Origin: Callorhinchus milii
Taxonomy: Eukaryota
NCBI RefSeq assembly: GCF_018977255.1
Contig: NW_024704749.1
Span: 18,290,001-18,354,000, forward strand
Direction of reading: 5' to 3'
DNA length: 64,000 bases
Made by a program: the position numbers and the translations under genes. Each line of letters starts with the position of its first letter. Position 1 is the stretch's first letter. Under the pieces are notes generated by a model. That model had not been told where the DNA came from and did not search any database. It was given only the letters and a program-made list of their open reading frames with translations. Positions 1 through 11,808 of this stretch are shown here, in pieces.

Positions 1-3000
1 AGCAGCTCAATGTCTGACACCTTTGTCTTGGCCTGGAGGAAAAGCTTTGCAAATCGTGCCTCAATCTGCTTCTCATCCAACGTCAGCATGTCATCCAGGA
101 GTAAATTCTCCGTCATGGCATCACCTCCACCCTCGCACTTTACCCTCTCCAGCTCCTTGTTCTCCTCACACGCACTTGCCAATACTCTCATCGGTTTCCT
201 GCCGTCTTCATCCTCGCTATCGCTGCCCAGGTCGAAGACTCGACAGCTTGAGGTAGCTTGCTGTTCGTCATAGTCCAGCAGCAAGTCGGGTGTCTCATGC
301 CTCTTGCAGTCTGCCACCATGACTGTTCGAATGGTGCTGGCATTCAGGTTCTGCAGCTGAAAGAGTCTCTTCACAACATTTAGATTTTCCGATTCTATAT
401 CCTAGGATGGGGAGAAAAGAAAATAGGTGTATTTCTTTTTAAAATTGTTATGATTTTGTGCATCTTAGTTGATCTCAGTTAAAGGAAAATTTACCCCTGG
501 AAAACCCTTCCTGCCTTTGACAAACATGTTTCCCAGGCACATCTTCCAGAGAGCAGCATAGATAGCATCTTGCATTTATTTAGGTAGTGCCTTCATAGAA
601 GGAAGATTGATTAAAAGCACGGTCAAAGAGATTGGTATTTAGAAGGGTTTGGCAAAGTACAAGGCAGACGGATTTGGGGCGAGAGATCCAGAGAGCGGGG
701 AACATAGTGTCTGAAAGCTCTCCAGAAGGAGACATGCAATTAGCCCAAGTTTGTGCAGTGGAGGGAGTGGTGCGGGAGGATAGTCCGGTGAATGGAGAAG
801 GCTGACATAGAGAAACACTTGGCTACTCGGGATTGCTTCCCTGCAGTCAGGGTTCTGGATGTGTTAAGACCGGTGGAGTATAGTATTGTGCTTCCACACC
901 GCAGAGATCTCTAGTGGCAGCAAACCGCTAATACATGGACTGATGTCACATTTTGATCTCACTCAAGTTGTGACCATCATCACTAAAAAGCACAGGCAGT
1001 TGCTAGACCTGGACTGTCCACAGGTTAGGGCTTGTGCAGGACATCTGGGTGACATTACGTGGAAAGATTAAACATTTTCACTACTTATCGCCTGGAGAAC
1101 TGATGGAACGTTTGTATATGAAAGGGAGCTAAGATGGTCAATCTCAAAAGGGACAAGGGGTGGGTGGAGGAGAGTGGGGGGGAAGATAGATAGGAGAGCC
1201 CATAAAGCAATCACTTTTTGTGCCAAATGTGTATCTCGTTATTCACTTGCTTAGACAAATTCCAAGAAAAGTGTGGACTCACTGCAGTCAAAATGAGATT
1301 GAAGAGAAAGAGCTGCACTCACAAAGGAGTATCTTTTGTTAGAAGCATCTCTGAACAAATGTGTAATCAGAATGCATCTTCCATGTTGCCTTTTACATTG
1401 TATATTTTAGCCATCTTTCACTATTTCTTGATCAGCGACTACTATACTATATTAACCTTTATTTTTGTCAGTGCTCACACATTCACTTTCACCTTTTCTT
1501 CCCCTTTGCTTTCTGTAAATCCAAGCTATCTACCAGCGAGGAAGAGAAGGTGCCTCAAGATTCTGTGTAGAGAAGTGCAGTGAACACACCGTGCTGCAGC
1601 AGAAACATAACCAAATAGCAAGGAAACCGGCTATATTTATCCAGGTTTAGTTCTTTACAAAATACAAAACAACATTCAGTGTCAGAAAAGTGCAGGAATC
1701 CACTTCTGCATGACGGGGATACTGGAGGGTAAATAATACTCAAAAGGTTCAGTTGAACAGTGTTCACTAAACCTTAGTTTACCTGGAAGGCCTTGTTTAA
1801 CCAGAGAACAGAACAAGAGGTCATGTTCCCAATCCAGTACAAGTTGCCAGAGATCAAGTGGGTTTCATTCAACCAACAGCCAAAGACGTCATAGGGCTTG
1901 TTCCTCACTCGAGACAGCAGTGTGAAGTCATCTGAAACAAGAGGCGACAAGTACAATTATCTTGGGTGTGAATAAATGGCCAGCACAGCACTATGCAACA
2001 TGGAGTAGTGATGAAGCTATTTTATCTGGAAGTATGTTGGATGTTGCATTAAGCATCAGATCATTGTTCTTTGAGTGAAGCAAGTGACGGAGTCAGTGGT
2101 GTTGCAGGAGGTCTCAGAAGAGGTATGGTGGGGCGAGGCTGAGGAAGGATCATCATTGCATATGTGAAAGCAACTTAAAAATCATTCTATTAACCATGCC
2201 ACAAGCTACAGCTCTAAATTCACTGTGCAGCGGACACTTGTGACTTTCTGGACTGCTGACCTCTCGAGACCCCTCACTGAGACAATTCATTCACCAACTA
2301 AGAGAAGGTAACAGGAGGGTTGGCTATGGTGTACAGCGCTTCCTCTCTCCAGAGACAGAGCTGCATCTTTTCGAATACCGTGGTTGTTGTTGTTGGAGGG
2401 GAGGGGAGGGGTTGGAAACAACAAGATACATTTGCAAACCAAAGCCTCTATGATATTTCTGCCCTGGTCCTGATCTATGTGCCACATCTAGTCTGTTAAC
2501 TGCACAGCAGCAGTTAGCGAACATGCTTGACAATGCCACAAATCTACATAGTGAAGTACCTAAATTGAAGACGGCGATTTCACCAGAGGATGAATTGCGA
2601 GGCCCGATGTAGACTCCCGAAACCAGGAGAAGAGTGTCCTCGGCATTGAACTGGGAGAACTGGGTGTAACTCCAGTTGTACGGGCGCATGTTAGCGCTAT
2701 GCAAGACAGTAATCTCCAGATCATTGTTCCATACCTGGAAAACCAAAGAATCCTCTCAGCATACATTCAACAACAGCTTGCATTTATATAGCGCCCTTCA
2801 TGTCAGACGGCGTCTCAGAAAGCTTGAGTGTAAATCAATACATTAACGCCACCAACGGTCATTGTCACTTCAGTCACTGAACCTTAACCACAAGAAATCC
2901 CCACTTCTACCCCTCAAACCTGAACAGACAGAGGGGACTTCCGTTTAATGTCTTATCTGACAGATGACACCTCTGATAGTTCCCCCAGTGCTGAACTGGA

Positions 3001-4808
3001 GTATCAACCTAGACAATGAGCTCAGTGATGCGAGACTTGAACCCACAATCTTCTGACTCAGAAGTGAGAGTGCTAACCAGACTGAGACTTAGAAATAAAG
3101 AAAACTCAGGTGTTGGGAGCTGTCCTGTGCTACAAGTAAGTGTGGATTTAATTATTAAAGGATTATTGACATTATGTCTGAGCATTAACAATATTTGCAA
3201 GAAACCTTGGGAAAAAAAACTAATAATAATCCTTCATTTAATATAACTCCGAAAATGTCAAAAAACATGTCAAAGCGCTTCGCAAAGGGTTCTGTAAACA
3301 ACAGCAACTTGCATTTATATAACCCTTCACACGGGGTAGTGTCTCAGAGTGCTAAAGAGTAGTGACTGCGTAGTTGTAGCCTTTGTGATCAGGTGCAAAC
3401 ATAGCATGATCCAGTACCTTCACAAAGCAGTCTTTGGAACAGGATCCGAATAAGTAGCCACTATGAGAGAAGCTGACGTGCAAGACCTGGTCACGATGCT
3501 CCTTCAGAACCTCGACCTCCACACACGGAACCGTGTCAAAAAGTCGCCTGAACTCACCGAGCCATGACGTGGCAGCTACAATAACAGAGGCAAGACAGAG
3601 TTAGCTTTGAAGTCTAATTGCATTAAATTTAGCCGGCTCCCTCCATATATTCAATTTAGCCCCATCCCTACACAATCCTAATTATTTTGTATGTAATATT
3701 GGCTTCCAGCAAGCCTTATAACCAGATGCACTAAAAATTCAATGAGTTGGTCACTCATTCCATGACTGTTTGTGGGACACTGCTGTGCAATTGGCTGCCG
3801 CGTTTCACCCACAAAATACAGTCAATTCACTTTAAAGAATATTCTGTGAAGTGCTTTGAGATGTCTCGAAGACCCTATATCAAATGCAAGGATTATTATT
3901 ATTATTATTGAACCATTGACTACAGACCTAAGATGCTGGGAACTCAATCAATCCCGGGAATGAAATGCTCCAAGTCCTAAGTGACACAAGTGACCAAGAG
4001 GTGTACAACACACAAAATACAAATTGGCTTCAGTTTTAGCCCCTAATTTTTCCATCAAGAGTTCTACTCTCACTAAATTACCCTTTTTTTTTTGGTCAGC
4101 CAGGTGTCAGACACGTATGGAAATCCATCGCCAAACTAGATTGAAAATTCCACATATGTATGCACCTACACATGGAAATTTCTCCGTGTCTGGAATGGAA
4201 TGCACACTCTCTCCCCGCAGGATGCACCCATCTTAGCGAATTCTGGAGAGCGTTAGGTTGGCAAGAACCAAGACTAGTGGACTGAGAAGTGTGTTTCATA
4301 GGGGGAGTGTTGGGAATTTAATTAGCTAAACCATACAGCTTACTATTAACACTTATCTTATTGTACCACATTGTGAGCCGTTCTTTCTAATTCTCTCAAT
4401 TTCTTTCTCTGTCTAATTTTGTTTTCCTGCGTTGTGTGTACGTGGGTGAGGCAGAGAGAGAAAGAGATCAAATGGGGGTAAAATGGGTAGCAGAGGAAAT
4501 AGCTTATGTACGAAGAGCAGCACGTTTCAATTACACCAGTTAAGAGGAATGAAAGACGGGGTGAACTGCAGCATCGATATGGAATTGGGGGAAGAAACAT
4601 TTCATTCAGAATAACCTGGGTGGCGGGGAACCGAGCGATTCACATTGTAGTAGCGGTAAAATATCTCCTTCCACAAGAATTCATCGCGGGACACTTGGCA
4701 CCATTGCTTGCAGCTTGTCCCCGCCGCCAAGACGTCCTGGGGTTCTAGATGCAGGAACACCTCAAGCAAGATGCTGTCTGGCAGGTGGGGGAACCCCCCT
4801 TCGTCCAT
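1..4808 (-). CDS. FBXW5: F-box/WD repeat-containing protein 5, first five coding exons; 3' part lies beyond the left edge
   Basis: Minus-strand exons 4808-4616 (ATG; MDEGGFPHLPDSILLEVFLHL...F-box...VPRHP), 3575-3418 (AATSWLGEFRRLFDTVPCVEV...CSKDCFVK), 2734-2560 (VWNNDLEITVLHSANMRPYNWSYTQFSQF...SGEIAVFNL), 1931-1783 (DDFTLLSRVRNKPYDVFGCWL...NKAFQ) and 401-<1 (DIESENLNVVKRLFQLQNLNASTIRTVMVADC...). All introns are GT-AG with consistent phases, and the peptide closely matches human FBXW5 as I recall it. An acceptor at 4835-4834 upstream of the ATG implies a separate non-coding first exon. Confidence 0.96.
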
Positions 4809-5458
4809 CGTATCATTCTGAGCCCAGATAACACTGGGAGTCAATCAACAAACACAACCGAATCAACTTCTTCACTCTTTCTGGATCGGGGGGGGGGGGG
4901 GGGGGGGGGAGAGGAAGGAAGGGGAAAGGACAGAAAACAACGCAAGCCGGGCGGACGCAAATGGGCCGGGCGCGGGTACGCGAGGCGTCTCAAAAGCGCT
5001 TCGCGGAACGCGACCGGGAAGCGGATTGTCGGTAGAGATCTGCACCTTATGCCAAACTCTTGTGACGTTCCGACGCGACGGTCGTTGTGTCGAGCGGAAG
5101 GTTTAGCGCTGTCAGCGTTACCCCGTTGCGCTCTCTCTCTGCCGGCGGTATCCGCTGTGCTGCGTGGTCCCGCGCAGCGCTGGGAGAACGCCTCAAAGTG
5201 TCGCGATAGGGCGCCGTATCCAATGCTGGGATTATTATTATTATTATTATTACTATTATTACTGTTATTACAGTTATTACAGTAGGGGCTGCGCAGCCCT
5301 GGACACGCCCGGAGCTCAGTGGGGGGGAGAGAGGGGGGGAGAGAGAGTTGGGGGGCAACCAGAGAACAGGAGCAAATGGCCCATCGTTCCTCACAGCCTG
5401 AGACAGAGTAAATAAAACAGACTTACAGTAACTGACTGCATGCACCTGATGCACTCAC

Positions 5459-8400
5459 CATAGAGTTTCAGAGTCAGCTTCTGTTTGGGAGTCTGCTGAA
5501 CAGCGATGATTGCGTATTTGCTGTAATCAGTTTCACCAACTGCCATGTAAGTAGTCACTCCCCGTTCTGGAAACAAACAAACACTTGCCTAAACCCCTGC
5601 TAATTGCCAGGAGGGATCTCAGCTCAGGATAATGGCTGGGTTGCATCGCAGAGTTCCAATGGGGATGATCAGATCACCGGATGGTGAAAGTTACATGTCT
5701 TATACACAGCTCCTGAACCCCAACAACAGCTTGGGTTTATATAGACTGCACCTTTCACGTGGGATAACATCTCACCATCCAAGGCAGAAGGCCCCACAGA
5801 TTCCACCTCGTCTTAGCCTGTGATACCATTTTACTTTAAAACATAGAATTGTGGAATATTCCAAAATTCAGTCTCAGATTGAAAGCTGTTTTTTTCTGCG
5901 TTTCTTAAAAGGAATTGGCTTCCCAAATTCAAGACTGAATTCATGACTTTTTCACAATTCTACAACAGTCTTAAATTTTAAGCGGTAAATTGGTCTCACT
6001 GGCTAAAGATTTCAACTTTTTTCCTCCCGATCCCTATTCAGTGACTTTGTAAAAAGAATGTGTTGTATCAGAGTGAATGAACCTGCCTTCACTGCCTACA
6101 TTCACACATACTAATAATCCTGCAAACCATTTCCTGAGCCAGACGGGTCCACAGGACTCCAAGCTCTATCGATGCCAGGCCAGTCCGCCTCGCTCATTGG
6201 CAGGACTTGGAAGAGAGCACTTGGAGCTAGGATTTTTCCCACTCAGCTCCTGTTAACACTAACGGGTAGGGTGGTCCAAGCTGGATAAACAGTGGGAAGC
6301 TCACCAGACAATAATAATCCTTGCATGTAGTCCTCTAGCATCAAAACATTGCAATTTCTCTTCATATCATGGGTAATTGTTGTCACGTGAAGTGACTGTG
6401 TATTTGGGTTTGCTCTCACCCAAGTTAATAATCTTAGCATTTGATATAGCGCCTCTGACATTGGGAGGATACCTCAGACAGCTTCACAGGTTATACTGTA
6501 AAGTGTAGTGACTGTTTTGTAGGCATAAATTGCACACAAAGAGCCATGAAGTGAAAGACCAATTTATCTGGGGGATTTGTTGACCAGTACACCAGGGGGA
6601 AACTTCCTTCTCTCTTCGAATGGAGCCACTGGATCCTCAACGTCCACCTGAACAGGCGGAGATGGGACCTCGGTTTAACGTCTCATCCAAAAGGAAGCAC
6701 CTCGACAATGTGTCAATCTGCCAAACACTGCACCTAGATGTCAGCCTGAATTGTGAGCCCAAGTTCCCCAGCCTGGGCCTTGAACCCACAACCTTTGAAG
6801 AGTGACTGTTTCGAGGCAGCTACACCCACGGAATTGAGATTCAGTGCTTTGAAGAAGGAAGGGGAGAAATAATTGGAAAATAAAACCACGCAAATGGTAA
6901 GCCTGCTGGAAAAAAAAACACAATAAAAAAGACTTGACAAACTTTTTCGGTAGAACTTCCCAATGGTCCTTGTCTTCTTGTACTCCTGTTTGATATCCCA
7001 ACATATTCCTTCCCTGGGAAAGACAAGAAGACAGACTTGTGTGTTATCGTCTCCCATGCAGAGGCAAGTGGCTGTATTTGAGTGCGTTCTTGACACCCAA
7101 TCTGAAATCCAGTCAGCAATCCAATGTCAGCCACCAATAATAATCCTTACATTTGATACAGCGCCTTTCAAGTCAGAAGGACATCCCAAAGCGATTCACA
7201 CCATACATTATAAAGTGCAGTGATTGTAACTTGTAAGCGAACATGGCAGCCAATTTGCACACGGCAATGTCCCACAAACAGCTATGATGTGAATGACCAA
7301 TTTATTACGGGGGATTGTTGGCCAGGAGAGAAATTCCCTTCCCCTGTTTGAATATGGTGAAGGAATCTTTAACGTCCACCTGAACCCCTGAACGCACTGA
7401 GATTAACGTCTCAGCCGAAGGACGACACCTCCGACAATGCAGCACTCCCCGCTTTGCTGATACGCTCTGACGTCTTACCTGGCACACTGAGCCAGAGTTC
7501 TAAGATGCTAGTGCCCAGGCAATGTTTGAACTAGCCTCTATATGAGTTGAAATCCTGTATTCTAAGAAAGAGCCCCATTAACAGCACAGTGTAGATAACA
7601 AAGTCTTGGGGGTACTCACATTTTATGCAATGTATTGGTGCGCACAGTTTCTTTCTCATTGGAAACTTGCATGACAACTGCTTCCACACTGTAGCTGCTC
7701 GATCTCAAATAGGTACAATGAGACGCCACACCAATAAGATACCATTTGCCTGAAAACTAAAAGCTAAAATGTGAAATTCCGGCCAGTCACACAGTCCAGT
7801 CCTCGAGACACTGTTTGTCTGGCCAAAGTCTGATTAAAGTACATCTCCTTTCATGTCTGATCATTGTTGACTTGATTCTTATCCTGTGTTCTGTCCCTGC
7901 AACCACCACAGACAGTAAATACATCAAAGGAAAAGGATGGAGCCATTATCAAATTGTCTGCTGCATTCACAGTCACTGCACTGCAGTAAAATCCTGTGAA
8001 GCACTTTGCTTTGAGAAGATGTCATAAGGTGCTCATTGTTTGCTCAGCTGACACGTGCAGAAATCCATCACCTTGCTTAAGAGTATCTCACCTACACACG
8101 GAAATTCCAGAAATAGTTTGTTGGAATGGAAATGCTCCCTCTCTCCCCTGGAGGGATGCATTGAGCTCAGCTAATTCCAGAAAGGATTAGGTGCAGGTTG
8201 GCAAGAGCCGAGGCTTGGGAACCCCAGAGTGTGCGTTGGGGTAACTACTGTGCTATATCAAATGAAAGGATTAATATTAACTATGAGTGGATGTGATGCG
8301 GATTTCACCCCCACACCTGCTCTAATAGAACAGACCCCGAAGTCTGTCCAGATAAATCGAGATGTCGTCTCTTTGGGAAATCTTGCAATTCAAAGCCCTT

Positions 8401-8544
8401 TGTTACCTGGTCAATGTTAAAGTTTTCCTGTATTTGGACTCCGTCAATGGGGCTGGCCTGCTTTCTGACGTTCCTGCGTCTTTGTCCGGATGAGATAACT
8501 AGAAAGCAAAGGACAATGAAGTAGATGACATGAGCACCCGCCAT
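5459..8544 (-). CDS. C8G: Complement C8 gamma chain (lipocalin), exons 1-4
   Basis: Minus-strand exons 8544-8407 (138 bp; signal peptide MAGAHVIYFIVLCFLVISSG then QRRRNVRKQASPIDGVQIQENFNIDQ), 7756-7620 (137 bp; FSGKWYLIGVASHC..., GxW motif and the Cys that links to C8 alpha), 7013-6943 (71 bp; EGICWDIKQEY) and 5566-5459 (108 bp; VGETDYSKYA...LKLYG). Motifs match human C8G (ASPISTIQ, GICWQVRQLY, ETDYQSFA); the gene sits next to FBXW5 as in human. Confidence 0.92.
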
Positions 8545-8618
8545 GGTGAGGAGAGAGGGATTAGCTCGGAGTCCGAGCTTCCAATAACGGATTAAAAAAA
8601 ATTGCAGCTCGTTTACAA

Positions 8619-8652
8619 AGCACAAAGTTCAACGGTGCGGTTTATCATTAAA
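8619..8652. promoter_or_regulatory. HNF4-like and HNF1-like sites in the C8G proximal promoter
   Basis: AGCACAAAGTTCA (8619-8631, DR1/HNF4-like) and GTTTATCATTAAA (8640-8652, HNF1-like), 75-110 bp upstream of the C8G ATG. Motif match only. Confidence 0.45.
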
Positions 8653-9720
8653 GGAACGTGGGTGACGGTCTGGGTTGGCACCGCGCAGGTTCACCTCTCC
8701 CCCTCTTGAGCGAGGAGCTGTTCTCTGCCGACTGCAGGATAGCTTGTTCGCGCGCGCAATCTGCTCCGACCTTGCTCCCCCCGCCCGCCCGCCCGCCCAC
8801 CCACCCCCAAGCGTCCTGTACCTCAGTGCATATCTGGGTTCGATCCCCGGCAGAGCCAAACTCTGGGCAGGTTTCCTCACTCCGCACGCCCCCGTTTGCC
8901 CGGCAGCGAGTAGGAACCCGGCCGTTGGTCCATTGGCGGATCGCTTTTCCGGGGTCGGGGGGGGGGGGTTAACAATTCCTTTAAAAATAAAAACAGATTG
9001 AGTCGCTTCAATCTACGGGGGAGGATCGCCGCTGCGCGCAATCGGCCGCCGCGTTTCGCCCACGAAACCTACAGTCGGTTGACGCCGCAGCGGATCCTCG
9101 GAGGAGCGTCTTCCGGTCGTCCTCCGAGCGCTTCGCGGGAATGCGCCGCGAAGCCAACGCCGTCCGCGGAGACGGTCATAGTAATGCCGACGGCAACGGC
9201 GACGACGACGACGACAAGAATAAGGCGCTGTATCAAATACACAGGGATTATTATGATAAGTATTACGACTATTGGTATGAAACTCACAGCGAAGTGAACT
9301 GAGACCCTACATTTGGTGGGTGACCTGTAACACAAAAAAAATTATTATTTTTTTTTTTAAAAATGACCTGAAAAACGCAAACGAGTGGTCGTTTTTGTTT
9401 ATTTGTTTTGTTGGGGTAAAAAAAACAACAACTTAAAAACCGAGAGAGAGAGAGACACAGAGAGAGAGAGAGAGAGTCAGGAAATCAAACGCACACCGCC
9501 CGCCCGCCTCACTCCCCACCGGCCGCCGCGACAGGTGAAACACAACGCGACCCCCGACCGGAGAGAGGCTCGGGTTGCCGCGCCCGCGCGACCCTCCGAA
9601 CCGGGGCCCGGCGTCCAGCGCGAGGGGGGAGGGGCCTGGCAACCGGCAACCGGCGCGAGGGGGGGGGGGGAGGAGCCTGGCAACCGGTGCGGGCGGCAGG
9701 TGAGCGCCAGGCCCTGTGGT
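8630..9720. promoter_or_regulatory. CpG island / divergent promoter between C8G exon 1 and the probable FBXW5 non-coding exon 1
   Basis: High CpG density. C8G starts leftward at 8544. A plus-strand GC-rich segment ends in a strong donor GCAG|GTGAGC at 9699/9700. Human FBXW5 and C8G are also head-to-head. Confidence 0.65.
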
Positions 9721-10302
9721 TGGGGGGTTTGGGGGTGGGGTGTGTGTGGGGGTGGGGGTGTGTGGGGGTGTGTGTGTGTGTGTGGGGGGTGTGTGTGTGG
9801 GGGGGGGGGGTGGGGGGGTGTGTGGGGGTGGGGTGTGGGGGTGGGGGTGTGGGGGTGGGGGGGGTGTGGGTGGGGGGGTGTGTGGGGGGGGGGGGGGGGG
9901 TGTGTGGGGGTGGGAGGGTGTGGGTGGGGTGGGGGTGTGGNNNNNNNNNNNNNNNNNNNNNNNNNNNNNNNNNNNNNNNNNNNNNNNNNNNNNNNNNNNN
10001 NNNNNNNNNNNNNNNNNNNNNNNNNNNNNNNNNNNNNNNNNNNNNNNNNNNNNNNNNNNNNNNNNNNNNNNNNNNNNNNNNNNNNNNNNNNNNNNNNNNN
10101 NNNNNNNNNNNNNNNNNNNNNNNNNNNNNNNNNNNNNNNNNNNNNNNNNNNNNNNNNNNNNNNNNNNNNNNNNNNNNNNNNNNNNNNNNNNNNNNNNNNN
10201 NNNNNNNNNNNNNNNNNNNNNNNNNNNNNNNNNNNNNNNTGGTGTGTGGGGGGGGTGTGGGGTGTGGTGTGTGGGGGNNNNNNNNNNNNNNNNNNNNNNN
10301 NN
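9715..10302. other. G/GT-rich low-complexity tract and two assembly gaps
   Basis: (GGGGT/GT)n tract at 9715-9940 and 10240-10277; N runs at 9941-10239 and 10278-10302. Confidence 0.97.
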
Positions 10303-10611
10303 TTTCCCGTTAGGTTTTTAAGTATCTATCTGATTCCCTTTGGAAAACAAATATGGATTCTGCCTCAACTGTTGCTTCCGGCAGGTCATTCCATATACTA
10401 ACCGCTCAGTGAGTGAAAAAGTTCCTCCTAACCTCCCCATTTGCTCATTTGCTGGCTGTCTTAAATTGATGCCCTCTGGTCAATTTGCTCTCTCAGATGT
10501 TTTTCTGGTCATGCTTTCAGCCACTACGCCTCAAAACTTGGGAACTCTCTCCGCCTTGCCCCTCCTTCCCCATCTTCAGGTCATGCTGTTAATAACCTTC
10601 TGTATTTGTAG

Positions 10612-11808
10612 GAAGGAGCACAGAGTTGGATGAGAATATACAAATGAAGTTTCGCCAGCACGTGATCCAGCACAAGATCCCGGAAATCTTCATTTACGAA
10701 TTCCCTTCTTATGGTCAGTCCCTTCCCAGGAACTCTTAGCTTTCTGAGCAAAACCACAAAATATAGAGTCAATTCACAGTTTACAGTATATCCTGTGAAG
10801 CGTTTTGAGATGTCTCGAAGACGTGATGAGGCGCTATATCAAATGCAAGGATTATTATTATTATTATTATTATTACCAGCAATAAAATTGGTCACTCACT
10901 TCGTGGCTGCTTGTGCAGGAGCAAATTAGCTGCCGAGTTCACCTACAAAACACAAGGTCGCTACCGACTGCAGTAAATCCTGAGACGTTTGAGACATTTC
11001 AATATCATAGTGATATATATCAAATCCAAAGATTATTATAATGATGATTACCACTATTATTATTTGTACCAGCAGCCACTGTAATATTATTCCACAGCAG
11101 CACTTGAGGCTTGAGTGTTTGTGAGCTGTTAGCTGAGCTGGGCCCTATTGCACACAACGTTGCGATTGTTGAAAGGTTGATTGATTTTGCTTGTTCTGTC
11201 TCTTTCAGGCCATTGCCAGTCAGCGGATGAATTTCACAGACTGGGTAAATCCATTCTTTCCTTTCAGAGCGTGGGAACTTGGGTGCTGGCCTGCACTGCT
11301 CAGTCAGGAGCACTCTCGCTTCTAAGCCAGAGGAAATCTGCAATTTCCTGATTTGGCCAATTTTTTTTTCAGCAGGGGCGTTGGGGCGGGGGTGGGGTGG
11401 TGGGGCGGGGGTGGTGGGGGGGCGGAGGCATGGTTCAAAAAGAAAAATAGCCGGCCATTCCCTCCTGCACAGTTACATGGAATTATATTGGCACGGAAAT
11501 TGGCCATTTGGGCCAACTAGTGCTGGTGTTTATATTTCAAAGGAACCCCTAATCCCTCAGTCTCCAGAGAGGAAAACTCAATCTATCCAATCTTTTTGTT
11601 CACTTATCCACTCATCCCTGTCTTTTGGAAATGGGATTGACATGATTTGGGAATATTATCCCTGGAATTTCCTATGGAATTCTCTTTGGGCACTAAGTGG
11701 GGAAAAAGTCATCAGACGAGCCTGGCTTCAGCAACAGAAAGGATAACGGAGGGAGATGTGTTCGACTGACGCTCCAATTGTTTTGTTTGTTTTCCAGACG
11801 ACAGTTAA
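10612..11808 (+). CDS. C8G: Complement C8 gamma chain, exons 5-7 (opposite strand to exons 1-4 in this assembly)
   Basis: Plus-strand exons 10612-10713 (102 bp; GRSTELDENIQMKFRQHVIQHKIPEIFIYEFPSY), 11209-11244 (GHCQSADEFHRL; human GFCEAADQFHVL) and 11798-11808 (DDS*). Phases are compatible with exon 4, and joining all seven exons gives a 200-aa protein. AATAAA signals follow near 11966 and 12043. Confidence 0.88.

Noticed and set aside
5340-5397. Minus-strand acceptor after C8G exon 4 as a possible exon 5
   Set aside because: The translation (GCEERWAICSC...) has no lipocalin similarity and runs into low complexity; the real exon 5 is at 10612-10713.
9385-10401. Long Gly/Val-rich ORFs in the ORF track
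   Set aside because: Artefacts of a G/GT low-complexity tract and N gaps.
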